A DNA stretch of 53,003 bases, filler included, from Asterionella formosa (GCA_002256025.1; 4 parts of 4 records of this genome joined end to end with filler, not necessarily neighbours in it); one strand, 5' to 3'. Positions 12,777-25,348 are shown, counted from the first letter of the whole stretch. The notes: generated by a model from the letters alone, not told the origin. A program made the numbers and translations.

Positions 12777-13183
12777 AATCCAACGACGGTATTACATTAC
12801 TCGGTAGGCCTTCTTCCCTGACGATTTCAATGGAAGAGCAGAATTTGTGGGGGTCGACAGGGAATGATTGAGCAAAGGGACAGCAAAGTGGAAGCAAAGG
12901 GAGACAGGAGTGTGACAAATAGTGAAGGGATCATTTGAGTCGAGTCACAAAAGTGACTCGAATTATGATTATGCTCCAACTATGTCTTATAGTAAATGTG
13001 GCTCCCAGGGACCACAGAATTGTTTTGGAAAAGACGATGACGAGATGATTGAAGTAGAAGTTGAAAGATCGAAAATGGATCTTAGGAAGGAGCTTATTCT
13101 AAGTAGTAGAAAGCTCACAATAAAGTAAAGCAGAAAGTGAGTTTCTGACGTTTACTAAAGATCTAGAAGTAGATCACGAGAAA

Positions 13184-13283
13184 NNNNNNNNNNNNNNNNN
13201 NNNNNNNNNNNNNNNNNNNNNNNNNNNTTAATTAATTAANNNNNNNNNNNNNNNNNNNNNNNNNNNNNNNNNNNNNNNNNNNN
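13184..13283. other. Assembly gap with artificial TTAATTAATTAA linker
   Basis: 44 N + TTAATTAATTAA + 44 N; the same construct occurs at 26462 and 39738. Confidence 0.97.
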
Positions 13284-13313
13284 TTATTAATTTTATAAAA
13301 ACGAGCGGGCAAG

Positions 13314-16300
13314 ATGGAGGCAACTAATACGGGGAAACAAGATCGCTTGCGAGATGAACTTCAGTCGCTGCACCAAGAGATGGAAATTGCGGAGTATGGA
13401 AAGACTTATAATGGTCAATTCCGAAGGAAACTACCAAAGAAACTAAGTGGCGCACGAACGAAGAAGCGGAAATTGCTGGAAGCAAGTGATGCCAAACATT
13501 CCGCCATGGAAGTAGTTGTTGCGACAGATCAACCTAGATTGCGGGGATCTAGAATTGCCTTGGAAGAAACGATCATTCAAGGCAGTGCTATTTATCCACT
13601 TATGGGGGAGAGTCATGATGCTGGCCTGGAAAACAACGACGACGGTGAAATTGACGAAACGGACGACTCGGAGGATGGAGGAGGAGGGGGCGACTCTGAT
13701 ACAGACGAGGAAGAGGAGGAGGAGCTCGGACCCACAACTGCCATTGCCGCCATCGCCACTGCCGCACCCAAACGGCGTCTGGTTTACCGAATGCGAAGTT
13801 TCAAGTCACAACGAATGGCTCAACGTCATGGAGAAGCTCTAGGTGCTCATGCACGGGGTCTGCCAAGAGAAGCCATTCGCAAATTAGAACAAGTCGCTGC
13901 CGATGCTCCCAATGCTCCACAAGTATATTCTTCACTTGGAATGGTATACGAGGATATGATGGTTTCTCACATGTCTGGTGAGAAAATGGACGGTGACAAC
14001 GACGGGGAGTCTGCGTTGGACGAAACTCTGAGACTGGCTAAGAAGGCATACGGATCGTACCATGCGGCCGCTGTCTTGTGTAAAAAGGATTTTACTCTCT
14101 GGGTTAGAGCAGGTGATACTGCCATTAGAATTGTGTCATTAGTTAATGAAGCTATGCAATCATCAGAAGGACAAAGGCTAATACATCTAAGAACAGAAAA
14201 AAATCAATGGCTCGAAGATGCGAAACGAGATTATACGGTGGCCGACAATCTCAAACCTCCTGGTATCGATGTACCAGCTAAGTTAGCCAATGTACAGATA
14301 CAATTATGTAATTTTTCAGAAGCGCTCACTCTGTTGACTGATTTGAAAAATCGAGACGCCCCAAAACAGCAAGATACTGGGTACGATGCACTTCAACCAC
14401 GAAGCGATTTCGAGAAGAGCTACAAGGCATGGTGGCTCTACTCTGATTTGATGCTTCGCATAGGACATGAAAGTACACAGTGGAACAGAGGAATTCGAAC
14501 CAATGATAATTACATGTTCAAGCGATGGTTGAGGAAATTTGCTGCCACCTTTGATTGGCAAGAGCGGAGACTTTTGTCATTGACTCTTGCATTAGAAGCT
14601 GCTGCAGGCTCCGAAGTTTGCAGTGAAGTGATCGATTGGACAAGGCAAAGATCAAATAATCACTCTGACACTTTGGACTCGAATGGATCGGGTAGATGGC
14701 ATGGCGACTTGTTGCATGAGCCCTTGGAATCATTGGAAAACGTTGAGGTCTATCAAGATCGAGATGAGGATGAAGGAATGGAAGGCGTAGAAGGCGTAGA
14801 CATAGAAGACAATCGAAACATGGACACAAGTAGCGAGAATGTGGTTGAAAAAGTTGTGGAAGGTGAATATACTGACATGGACCAGGACAACAATGGCGAC
14901 GATAAAGATGACGACCTTGTTCCTTGTGATAAAGTCGATGGTGACTCTGAATTCGTTGTTGGTGCGGAAGTTAAAGGTAGGACCAGCGAATCAACAAAGA
15001 TGCACCGACACAGTGATTTTGAAGCTCGACGCTTAAGTATGGTTGCGGCAAACCAAGCAGAACTAAAAGAGTTTGACGAAAGAACGAGAGCATTGAGTTT
15101 CCAGGCGGATTCGAAAGACCAGAAAAGTCGAGATGCTGAGAGGAAGGTGTTATTGCAGAATCACAGAAACAAAATTGTAACCATGGTGAGTCGGCATCTC
15201 GATGCCGAAGCAACATCTGCACGTACAAGATGCAATGCTTCACTCAAGCAGCCCTTGCCTATTGCAGCATCGTGTTCGACAGTGTGTTCGATTGCTTCTG
15301 AACTAATGAAACACTGTATCGGTTTAGAAGAATTCGAAGGTGCAAGGTTGGTGGGAAACGCCACATCATCATACCTCAAACGCCGGGCTGCGTTGTACAA
15401 GGAAAGGGAAGCATCTATTCTAGCATTCACCCGACGCCAAGAGTCCACTGACAATTCGGTACTTTTGAACTTTGAATCATACGATGGTGTACGTGCAAAA
15501 ATGAAGATCACATGAATTTATCCCTATTCAATTTGCCTGTGTTACCCAAATGAATTCTAACTTATATATTCCCCAGGTGGCCGAGGATTCGTCCAATGAA
15601 AGTGATGGTGAAAATGAGGCTACCTATCTTTCGGACGAAGACATGATAGAAGGTGAACACGTGGAATCGATTTTAGATTCTATGCAGGCAGGCATTTTGC
15701 CGTCCGAGCTACAAGTTCTTTATGCTATGTCACTCCTTGGCGAAGGAGGACGAGACTTAATTGCTTCAAAAACGATATTGGCGATTGCAACGCTGGAAGA
15801 CGGCGAGTCCAGAGAAATAGTAGACACTGATGTTAGTCAAAGCAAAGCATGGCAAATGTTTCGTCGTGCCTCCACTGACACTCTGCAGAAAATTCCTGCC
15901 TTTGCTTTTGTTGCTGATTTGCTGAAAAGAACCAACAAGGAGAGAGAATGGTCTGGTAAACTTGCTGGACTTTTCCATGAACAAGTTGAATCGATGCGAA
16001 AAAGTGGCCAGCTGGGAGCAGCATTGGAAAAACCTCTTCCAGTAGAAACCGCCCAGATGGCGCTGCGACGGCAACAAGTGTTGAAAATTTTTCTGGCAGC
16101 AGCTCGTCTCAACATGAACAATATAACGAACCTAATGCTCACAGGAAAACTTGAAGACGCCGCTTCAAGAAGTTTTACGCTCCTAGATCAACTCCTTTTC
16201 ATTTTGAAAGCACTGTGGAAGGTCGACGACAACGGATCTGTGCCCACCCCGTGTATTGAGGTAAGAATATTTATGTATAAAATACGATTTCCGCCCTTAC

Positions 16301-18230
16301 GAGACGCCCGCTGACTATTCACGTGTTGTTGCAAATAGATACTCACTGTGGCATCGGCGTCGATTAGTACTATCAAGCCATGGCTGCAGCAAGATTCCCC
16401 CACTCGTTCCCTGGAAACACACAAAACAGCTGCGATATTGAGTTCGATTTTAACTATTGTGCTTGGGCGACCCATCCTTATTCCTCATGCTACCGAAATG
16501 CATACACCATACGCAGACAAACTTCCTGAGTGGAATGAATTTCCTATTTCGTCAGATTGGCAGACTAAGGAAGAGCGAGATATGTCGATCAGTGCCTACA
16601 ACCTCACAGTAGCATGTAGCGTGACAAGCTTTTCAGGATTTGAGGCAGAAGAATTCAATCTCAACCTATTGAAACGAAATGCTGGTGGCACTTCGTACTT
16701 TGGTGTGTCAATGAATGAAGGACGAGTATCTGGCTCAATAAATGCGGAAGTCGAGGAAAGGCTTCAGCAGATTTGGACAAATGCTGGACGTAGGTTGCCA
16801 GTGGTTGGCACTTTTGACCTGTCGCACTTTTTGGCGGAAGCAAAGAAGTCATCGTGGTTTGACTTGGCAGGACCCCGTCAAGACCTGATTGCGCGTTATG
16901 GAGAAAGTTATGTCCTTTCCATGCTTTTAGATTTCGCTGATTTGTGTATGTTGTTAACGTCAAATGCCGATTCTAAAAACGAAGCCCCGCTACGACTCGT
17001 ACTGAGCACAACCCTTCCCGTGGTACGCATTATACCTTTGAGTCTTGACATTGATAATCTAGGCATTTCTTCAGCGTGCCCTCACACTTTTGTTGCCAGC
17101 TGCAATTTTGTCTTGGAACAAACGTCTGGGACTCAAGTATTGGAAAGACTATCACATCTTTGTCATCCACCACTTCGCAGAGAAGAAAGGCATCCGGTTT
17201 TTCAATGATTGACTTTTCCTCCACCGACATGCTTGAGACACACGCTCCTGAACTTGATGGAGAACTCCTTACATCTTCGAAGGCAAAGGTATTCCCGTCT
17301 ATAAGGCTGCGAGACAAGTGGTTAAACGACCTGTCTTGTCGTGATCCTCTTATGAAAATTGTGAGAATACCTGCTGCAACTTTCCTTGCTGAATGGAAGA
17401 AAGAAGAAACATCTGTAAATCATTTTACCAATGATGGAGCATCATCAGAAGCAATGGAGCGAGTGGAAACCAGTATTCAATCACTGCGACAGAGTGTCAC
17501 GAATGCTGCTGTTCAAAAGGGAAGTCTGCAAGTCTCCATAGCTTTGCTGGACTTGGTGGCAAGCGGGAGAGCATACAATCCATTTGCTTGTTTGCAGCAT
17601 GCTGCGATCTATGCCAGTCTGAGCCCAAAGGGAGGTAACCATGATATTCAATTAAAAACAGTGCTACCCGAGGAAAAGACCTGCACTGCCCTGGAAGCAC
17701 TCGTCATTGTCGGTAGAGCCGATTGTTTACAAGCACTCCATTTTCCAATGGAGGCCATTTTTCTTTGCAATTTTGTTGGTCGAGTTTGCTTGGGGCATCG
17801 AGATCGACTCAATGAAGACATGGAATGGAATAGTCAATGGAAAGTAGTATCCATTTACTTGTACAATACAGCAATTCTCCTTTGGAGCACCTTAGGCACA
17901 TTGCTTTCCATGAAAGAGGCACAACAGAAGGCGTGGAATGGCTGGGACGATGAAGTGCTTGCGGAGTTAGAGCGTTCGCGGTTGGATGGAATCGCACTAA
18001 AGAAAACATTGTTATCCAATGACGAGGGGCGCCTCGTTCAAATTGAAAGCCAAAGCGACGATTCCTCACACAGCAGCAATGATGATGAGGATGATGGCAT
18101 TCTTGGTCCTCTAGTCATTTTCAATGCAATGCCGATGACTGACGCTGGTGATGAAACAGGCTCAGGTGGTGAAGTAAATACGTATGACAATGATTGCAGA
18201 AGCGATAACGGCATAATTGTTGCTGTTTGA
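13314..18230 (+). CDS. Large TPR protein (~1557 aa) with TFIIIC subunit 3 (Tfc4/GTF3C3)-like N-terminus; exons 13314-15488, 15577-16260, 16339-17022, 17100-18230
   Basis: Four ORFs joined by three phase-0 GT-AG introns. An acidic tract is followed by GEALGAHARG...EAIRKLEQVAADAPNAPQVYSSLGMVYED...AAVLCKKDFTLW, resembling the first Tfc4 TPRs. The gene structure is firmer than the product call. Confidence 0.62.
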
Positions 18231-18437
18231 ATTTCGTTTTCAAAGGGATGAGAATTATTCAGCCCTTTTCTACTGTTAAATTTATTTCCTTCACGGATCT
18301 TGGATTCTTATTTTCAATGTACCTTCGTGTGTGTTACCTTCATCTATTATATTCCATCATAACGAAAGCTAATAGTGCCAGTGACTATATCCCACATATT
18401 AGTAGTGCCTGTGAAAAATTCACACTATATTCCTACC

Positions 18438-19492
18438 TCAAGGCGACACGGTATCGGCAGTTTTAGTTTCGGTAAAATAACAAGACCTTCCGTCCGAACT
18501 GACCCACATAGTGCGTCCCGTCTTGGAATTGACATGAGCAGTGAATCCATCATGAATGGTTTTCTCCAACACTTTGGAATTGTCGTCCAGCATCTTTTTC
18601 AACGCGGCATTCTCCAGTTCAAGTTTGGCAATCATTGCCTGCAGATCCGGTCCAGCTCCATTGACCAACACAGGCATAGTCGGGGCAGCAGGAGGGGAAA
18701 TAGCAACGGGTGGCGCTGAAGCAGTAGTACTGCTTGCCAAAAATCCTTCCTCTCGCAATTGTTGCACCCATGCTTGAACCCTTGATTCTGAAAGTTCTTC
18801 TTGATTGACAGCATCCAACAACAATCCACAAAACAAATCTCCACGAATGGATTTGGACGACTTGTGTTCATATCCTTCCTGCGACGTGTATCCCATCATG
18901 GTACATCCCAGCTTTTGAAAGACATCATGTAATTCACCAGTGGCATCGGCATAATTATCCGAATAGGACACGGAATCACCAAGACCGAAGACTGCCACTT
19001 TCTTAGACTGCAACGACAAGTCCTGCATTTGGCGATAGTAAATCTCATCCCATCCGACCCCACTTCGTTCTGTATCGGCGCCAGTGTTCCAAGTGGGAGT
19101 TCCTACAATATAAAAAGTCGCAGCACTAAAAGTGTCAGAACCGAGGGGGCAATGTGCAAAATAGGGCGAACCCTGCATCCTGCAACATGGGAAAGCAACA
19201 AAGCAGAAAATGACGCACCAACAATCAAGGCATCGTATTTGTCAAACTCAGCAGCTAAGCTATTCTTGACTTCATCAATGTCAATGGGACCGACAGCTTC
19301 GCCATCTTCAAATTGTGAAGCAATCAATTCAGCTGCCTCTTGCGTGCTTCCCGTCGACGTGCCGAAGAAAATACCCACAGCATCTAATGCAACTCGGGAT
19401 TTTTGATGCTGTTTCGACGGACCACGGGCGGTAAATCCAAGTGTGCTTGTGTAGCATATCCAGCAAATGATGAAAGGCAAGAGTTTCGTCAT
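18438..19492 (-). CDS. Plastid-targeted long-chain flavodoxin with C-terminal extension (~312 aa); exons 19492-19219, 19102-18438
   Basis: FMN-binding motifs GIFFGTSTGST, LIVGTPTWNTG and VAVFGLGDSVSYSDNYADA. Intron 19218-19103 (GTGCGT...GTAG). Signal peptide ends TLG|F. Confidence 0.95.
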
Positions 19493-19815
19493 GGTATACT
19501 GTCTGTCGATGATTTAATACATCGTCTGTTCAATGCCGACCACTGAAATGCTCGTTATCATCTCCCTGTAAGATGTATTAGTTTTTATACAATACCATAT
19601 ATATTTAACATGCCTGTGGATGATGCGAACCCCGCCATGATAGATAGGTATACATGGCCTTAGTAAGCAATTTGATTTAGATACCGGTAGATGGTCGCGA
19701 GGATGGCCTGAATTTCATCATCAGGGGCAGTTGAAGTATGCAAATTGTTGATGTTGCATGCTTGCATGCTTGAAGCAGATGGCCCAGCAAAGCGACAACA
19801 GCAACTCTGTTATTC

Positions 19816-19936
19816 TGGTACCTGGTACCAGGTACCTAGTAAGTAGAATCACTTACAGGTACCAGGTACTATACTACAGTACCAGATAGGTGAAAGTAGA
19901 ATGTGGTACCTGGTAGTCTACCAGGCTAGGTACCGG
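19816..19936. repeat. Cluster of TACCAGG/CCTGGTA (GGTACC-containing) motifs
   Basis: CTGGTACCTGGTACCAGGTACC, CAGGTACCAGGTAC, GGTACCTGGTAG and TACCAGG within ~120 bp upstream of the flavodoxin gene. Confidence 0.8.
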
Positions 19937-20445
19937 CTCAACATTAGAGTCTACTGTACTATGTGAAACCACACCATTGTTCAAACATTGCGTTGTGATT
20001 TATATTAACCCTTTCTATTTAGTTTTTCTAGCTACTGCTACAACGACCAGTAAAGCAAGAATATATCAATTTGTTGTCACCACGAACATCATTGTGAATA
20101 ATGACGATATCAGGGAGTGGGGGGAGGGGGGTAGTGTTTTTGAAAAACACTTGTCGTTGGTGCGATGTGAGGCTACTACGTATAAGGACATGATATGTGC
20201 AGCTAACAATGTTTCATCACTCACCTCTCCAAGTCAATCATCAGATACATATGGTAAAGAGCTCATTTCTGGTGAGAAATCGTACTTACAGATGAGGAAA
20301 GGAAGGCTTGAATCATCAAACCATATAGCTATACTTTAGTGCTTGTAAAATAAAAGGAGCAGGTAGATGCATTGAAGATCAAGAGGTGATTCAAAGGACT
20401 ATAGATTTAGAAATGCAGCATGATTGTCTGCAAATATCAAATGTC

Positions 20446-22575
20446 TTACTGTGGTCGCAACCATCGAACTCGAGTTGGAATGATGTCATCATCCGGATTG
20501 TAGTCAAGTAGGGGAATAGGTGTAGGTGGGTATTCCAGATGGGGAATAGGAGGCACCAAGTCTTCTTCTGGATCGGAAGGTGCGTGTTGAAACTCAGCAT
20601 ACTTGACTGGTAGTTGCAGTGGCTGCTGTGCCGGAAAACCATCCTTGATTTCATCTTCATTTGCAGAAAGAGAAGAAATCTGAGGCACATGAGGTAACTG
20701 CAAAATGTTAGGCAGTATCTCGTTATGACAACTATTGGACGGAGGTGCAGGGTGATCAGCACGTGGAAGAGCAATAGGTTTTGCTTCAAATCCATCAACT
20801 CCATAATTATGTGATACAAACTGGCTTGTCATTGACTCGCTAGTATCGAAAACAGGATCATTAGGTTCATCATCAAAGTTCAATTCTTCTTCGTCGTCAT
20901 CCCAACCATTGTTGATGTTGATTGGGTAGGCTTGCTGGTGCATCGCCTCAGGACGTACAGGTTCTGTTTGTTGATAAAAGTCTGGCAGGTGGTCATGCGA
21001 ATTTACAAAAGGCACAGAATCTGTTTGTTCATACGGGGCTGGAGGTGTCTGTCTTTTCAGTATATGATCCGTTCGATAAAGGGGAGGTGCCTTTTCTTGA
21101 TTGGTAATATCCTCGGGCACGATTGTATTTGCCAACCGACTAAGACCCGACATGAGAAACCCTCCTAAAATAGGTTTTGGTCGGCTGCTTGGTTCGACCG
21201 AGTATCGATTCAATGGTTGCTCTTGTGATGAAGTCTTGGTATGCAATTCATGTGCATCCATAATATCTGCAGTAGACGGCAATGTGGGCATAAATTTGGT
21301 CAATGCATTCACCTTGGTCGAGACATTGGCCACTTTATCGATTTGGCGTAATGCAGATGACAATCCAGTCGATGTTTGCTGAGCCATTTGTTGTGTTTTT
21401 GAGAGCTGCTTGAGAAAATTGTCACGGACTGCGTCGGCTGAGGAAGGTTGTTGCTGTTCCATGCAGTCGTCATCCATTTCCGATAAGAATATTGCTGTGC
21501 CTTTGAGGATGGTCGTGTCTGTTATGGCTAGTTTGATGTCCTTGATTTGATAAACTACCACCTCTTGGTCTGGATCTAATATGACATCCACAAATATCTC
21601 TGCCACATGCATCCTACGCCCATCCTGGTCGGGGAGTGACAAACTCATACAGCAGTCAACCTGAACAGAAAACGCATCCATCTTGAATTTACAAAATGTA
21701 CAAACGGCAGTGGCCAAGAATTTTGGAACAATGAGTTCACCAGTCATGACGGTTATAATATCCGCCAAAAGTGATTGATTTGCGGCTCTGATCAAGATGG
21801 AGTTGGGTTGTGAAAGTAGATAGTTTCTCAAATCTTGCTTGTTTGTGATAATAATTCCTTGCGCCGTTGTAATTTGATAGTCCATCCTTGGCACTTCAAC
21901 ATCAACTGTGTACGCCAACAGCTGTGGACGAGCCCTGTAATACTCCAAAAGTTCCATCGCGTGGTCTGAAGTGTTGTATTCTGCTTCCAACACAACATTG
22001 AGGCTCTTGACGAGGTGAGGCAAACCCTGAATGTACGACAGCAATTTCTTGTAGATGGCCAATTGGTGGGTTGAAAGTTCCTGATCCTTGGCTGGTGGCA
22101 AAGTCGCAGGCTTTGGTTTCGAAGGCGCTGTGAGTGGTTCTTCTCCGCTGTAAGGTTCAAGGTCAAGGTCTAGATCATCGTCGTCGTCCCATCCGTCCGC
22201 GTCGAGCGTATCCGATTCCGCAATGACTTCTATTGCAGGCGGCGAATTAAAGTCGGTTCGCGAGGGGTACGCATCGTCATTCAGAGCAACACGTTCCCCC
22301 TCATCCCAACTCGAAATGACTGAGTTGGCGGTTGCGTTCGAATCCCTCTTGCTTGCATTCACTGCAACTGTCAAGGCTGTTGTGACCGACGCTGTCGACG
22401 CTCGTGTCGATTCCACAGCAACAGCAGTCAAGGGTTGATACATGTCCGGATCAACGCTGCACTCATCATTCGCAGCCGATTGCAATGACAGGCCATCCAA
22501 GACTTCATCAACGTCGCCCCAACCATCGTTCAATCCAGACAGATCGTCAATATCATCATCCCAGCCGTCGTTCAT
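20446..22575 (-). CDS. Hypothetical protein (~709 aa) with repeated (D/N)GWDDD motifs
   Basis: Long uninterrupted ORF; likely start MNDGWDDD at 22575; acidic, Pro-rich termini around a globular-looking core. Confidence 0.8.
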   Translation of the reverse strand: MNDGWDDDIDDLSGLNDGWGDVDEVLDGLSLQSAANDECSVDPDMYQPLTAVAVESTRASTASVTTALTVAVNASKRDSNATANSVISSWDEGERVALNDDAYPSRTDFNSPPAIEVIAESDTLDADGWDDDDDLDLDLEPYSGEEPLTAPSKPKPATLPPAKDQELSTHQLAIYKKLLSYIQGLPHLVKSLNVVLEAEYNTSDHAMELLEYYRARPQLLAYTVDVEVPRMDYQITTAQGIIITNKQDLRNYLLSQPNSILIRAANQSLLADIITVMTGELIVPKFLATAVCTFCKFKMDAFSVQVDCCMSLSLPDQDGRRMHVAEIFVDVILDPDQEVVVYQIKDIKLAITDTTILKGTAIFLSEMDDDCMEQQQPSSADAVRDNFLKQLSKTQQMAQQTSTGLSSALRQIDKVANVSTKVNALTKFMPTLPSTADIMDAHELHTKTSSQEQPLNRYSVEPSSRPKPILGGFLMSGLSRLANTIVPEDITNQEKAPPLYRTDHILKRQTPPAPYEQTDSVPFVNSHDHLPDFYQQTEPVRPEAMHQQAYPININNGWDDDEEELNFDDEPNDPVFDTSESMTSQFVSHNYGVDGFEAKPIALPRADHPAPPSNSCHNEILPNILQLPHVPQISSLSANEDEIKDGFPAQQPLQLPVKYAEFQHAPSDPEEDLVPPIPHLEYPPTPIPLLDYNPDDDIIPTRVRWLRPQ

Positions 22576-23142
22576 TGCGGATGATTCTGAATTACAACTA
22601 GAATGATATTTTTTTATCTCTTGAGTTTTTTTTTGGGACGAGGTCATCCAGGACCACAGGTAGCATCTTATCATCGTATTCATATATGAATAATTCATTG
22701 CGGTCATACCTCGCTCAGCCATCATGTGGTGAATGACTTTAGGGTATATTGACGATGATGACGACAAGTTTAAAAACGCTGACGCACGACACCACCAACT
22801 CGAGTCTCTTGTGGTGGTGGGAAAGGAAGAAAACAACTAACATACCGGTTTATATGTAATTACATCACACGAACCATCACCATCAAGGAAAGGATGAAAC
22901 ACTGCTCTGCCTTGTATTTCAACACTTGCCTCTTTTATAAAATATACTCCACCATTCTTGTGCTCCTATCTGATACTACAACCAAACAAATCAAGAAAGT
23001 CTAGAACAAGATGACTCATCGTCGTCATGAGTGTTTGAATGCCACTTATTATTATGAATCTCCAACTATTACTATTCGTATTCCCGGTACTCGGAATAAT
23101 AATCACAATAAGAAGAAGAAGAATAATGCAATTGTAATTCTG

Positions 23143-25115
23143 ATGGTGCTGATAATGGCAGCATCAACTCTGGTTGCCAGGACAGATGGATTTCTTGTCC
23201 AAACCACAACGACCACCATCAGACGACACCCGACCTTCATCTTTACCACATCTGATGGGACGCCACTTCACAACAAGCAACAACAACTGCAATTGCAATT
23301 GCCAGACATGAACTCCTATGCTGCAGGATATCAAACTGTCTTTACAGAGCTCCCATCACAGTCATGCACACCGTCCATGGGATGTCTCCCCTCGGATCTC
23401 ACGGGGACATACTTTAGAGTAGGACCTGCCATGTTTTCAGCAGGATCCATAATGCCTCCCAAAACATCCATAGTTCAACCAAAGAAAGGACCACCAGTCC
23501 CAGACGGCCAGTTGAAAGAACGGATGGTTACACATCCATTTGATGCTGACGGTGGAGTATTGGCGGTGACCTTTTGCAGCAATAACAACACAGCTGTATC
23601 TAGATTTAGATATGTCAGGACCAATGCATTTACTAAAGAACGAAAGGCAGGACAACGAATGTACACGGCCATGGATACGACACGGACTATGGGAGCTGGG
23701 CGGGGCAATGATTTGATATTGCCACTATTTAGACATCATTTACAACCGGGGCTCAACAAGTATAGGAAAAACACATCCAACACCAGAGTCATGGTATGGG
23801 CCAACAAGGTACTGACGTTGTGGGAGGGAGGACTGCCATACAAATTAGATATGTTAGCACTCAGTACAGAGGGAAGGTCACAATTGGGTGGAATTCTCAA
23901 GGAAGAACAACCCATGGGTGGAAAGGCAGTATATGATTCGAAACGAGATAGGATGGTCATGTATGCCAACCAACCCGATGCACGATCATCAAAACTCACC
24001 TTGTATGAATTCAATGCAAAATTCAAATTGACAAATGAAGTCACGACAGAACTTCCTGGATTTGCACTCTTGTCGGACTTTGCTCTCACTCAGAATTATT
24101 ACATTTTTGTACAACCACCTGTGACTGTGAATGCTGTGAAATTCATGTTTAACAAGGAGCCAGGAAATATTTTGGAATTGCAACAAGGACCCTCGGTAAG
24201 TGGAAAACAGGTTCGATAGTGACAGGATGGTGTTCTATTACATACGAACAAAACGCTCAACACTTGCTTGTACCTGGTATTATTTTTTTTTCATAATAGA
24301 CACTCCATTTGATCCCTCGAGACGGGAGTCGTAAAGTACAAAAATCACTATCCATACCATTTGATGGAGTTTTAGATGCAGATTTGCAATTCATCAATGC
24401 ATTCGAACAAGATGACGGCATACTTGTGGTGGATGCGATTCGTTTGAAGGAACATGAGACAATGAAAGGGCCGCTCCCATCATGGCCGTGGGCATCGTCA
24501 TTGGATGCCTTTCAAAGGAATACATGTCAACGATCATTGGTACGATACCGTGTGTCCAAGGATGTTGTATCCAAAGAAATTCTTTTCAAGTCGCAATGTT
24601 ACTTTGGAGGTATTAATCCAGCATTAAGTTCACAACGTCACCGATATATTTATATGGCGATTGGGTCCATGGAGGACCAAGTAGCTCCTCCTCAGGGGAT
24701 CGCTCGATTCGACACGGAAACCAAGGAGGTGGAATCGTGGATGCCACAAGCCCATGAATTTTGTGGAGAACCCATGTATGCCAAAAGCCAAACATCCACT
24801 GACAATATTGATGATGGTGGATACCTCCTGTCAGTACTGTTCAACGGGACATCGAGTGATTTGGTTGTGTTGCGTGCTAACAATGTTGCAGCTGGACCCA
24901 TTGCACGTGTCCCTCTAGGATTGGCGGTCCCACACGGATTGTATGGATGTTATACCGACGAAGGTGAGTTCTCTTTTGAGGAAATCGATCGACGAGCGAA
25001 ACTTGCTGATAAGATGGAAAGTCGAGGAAACATGTGGAATGAAGTCAAAAGTGATTTTTCTGGTCTTGGACTACGCCTTGATGATTTCGAAGAATACTTT
25101 GGTGATATGATGTAA
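23143..25115 (+). CDS. Carotenoid oxygenase (RPE65/CCD/ACO family) homolog, probably plastid-targeted, lacking canonical His ligands; exons 23143-24195, 24300-25115
   Basis: LPSDLTGTYFRVGP, HPFDADG, RFRYVRT, KNTSNT, LWEGGLPY, EFCGEPMY, DDGGYLLS, GPIARV. Phase-0 intron GTAAGT...ATAG. The start could also be the upstream in-frame ATG at 23011. Confidence 0.92.
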
Positions 25116-25348
25116 ACTGTGGCAAGCTTTTCTGCACTATTTATTTTATGGCTTTTGCTAGACTACATATAGTAGATTGGCTTCCATTAATGCAGCGACT
25201 GTAGTCTCGGCCAGCTAATGAAAAGGCTTGTTGCGACAAAAGTCATGCATAATATATATATATATACTGTAATACAATTCAACAACGATGGGTTGTATCT
25301 ATTTCATCAATGGAAAGTTAGTTTTATCCATACCGGTAGTAGGATTTG

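Noticed and set aside
13228..13239. TTAATTAATTAA palindrome recurring at 13228, 26506 and 39782
   Set aside because: Always centred in a 100-bp N block; an artificial all-frame-stop scaffolding linker.
2848..25115. Apparent plastid metal-economy cluster (Mn transporter, flavodoxin, His-less oxygenase)
   Set aside because: Genes are interspersed with unrelated ones, plastid-targeted genes are common in diatoms, and there is no evidence of co-regulation.
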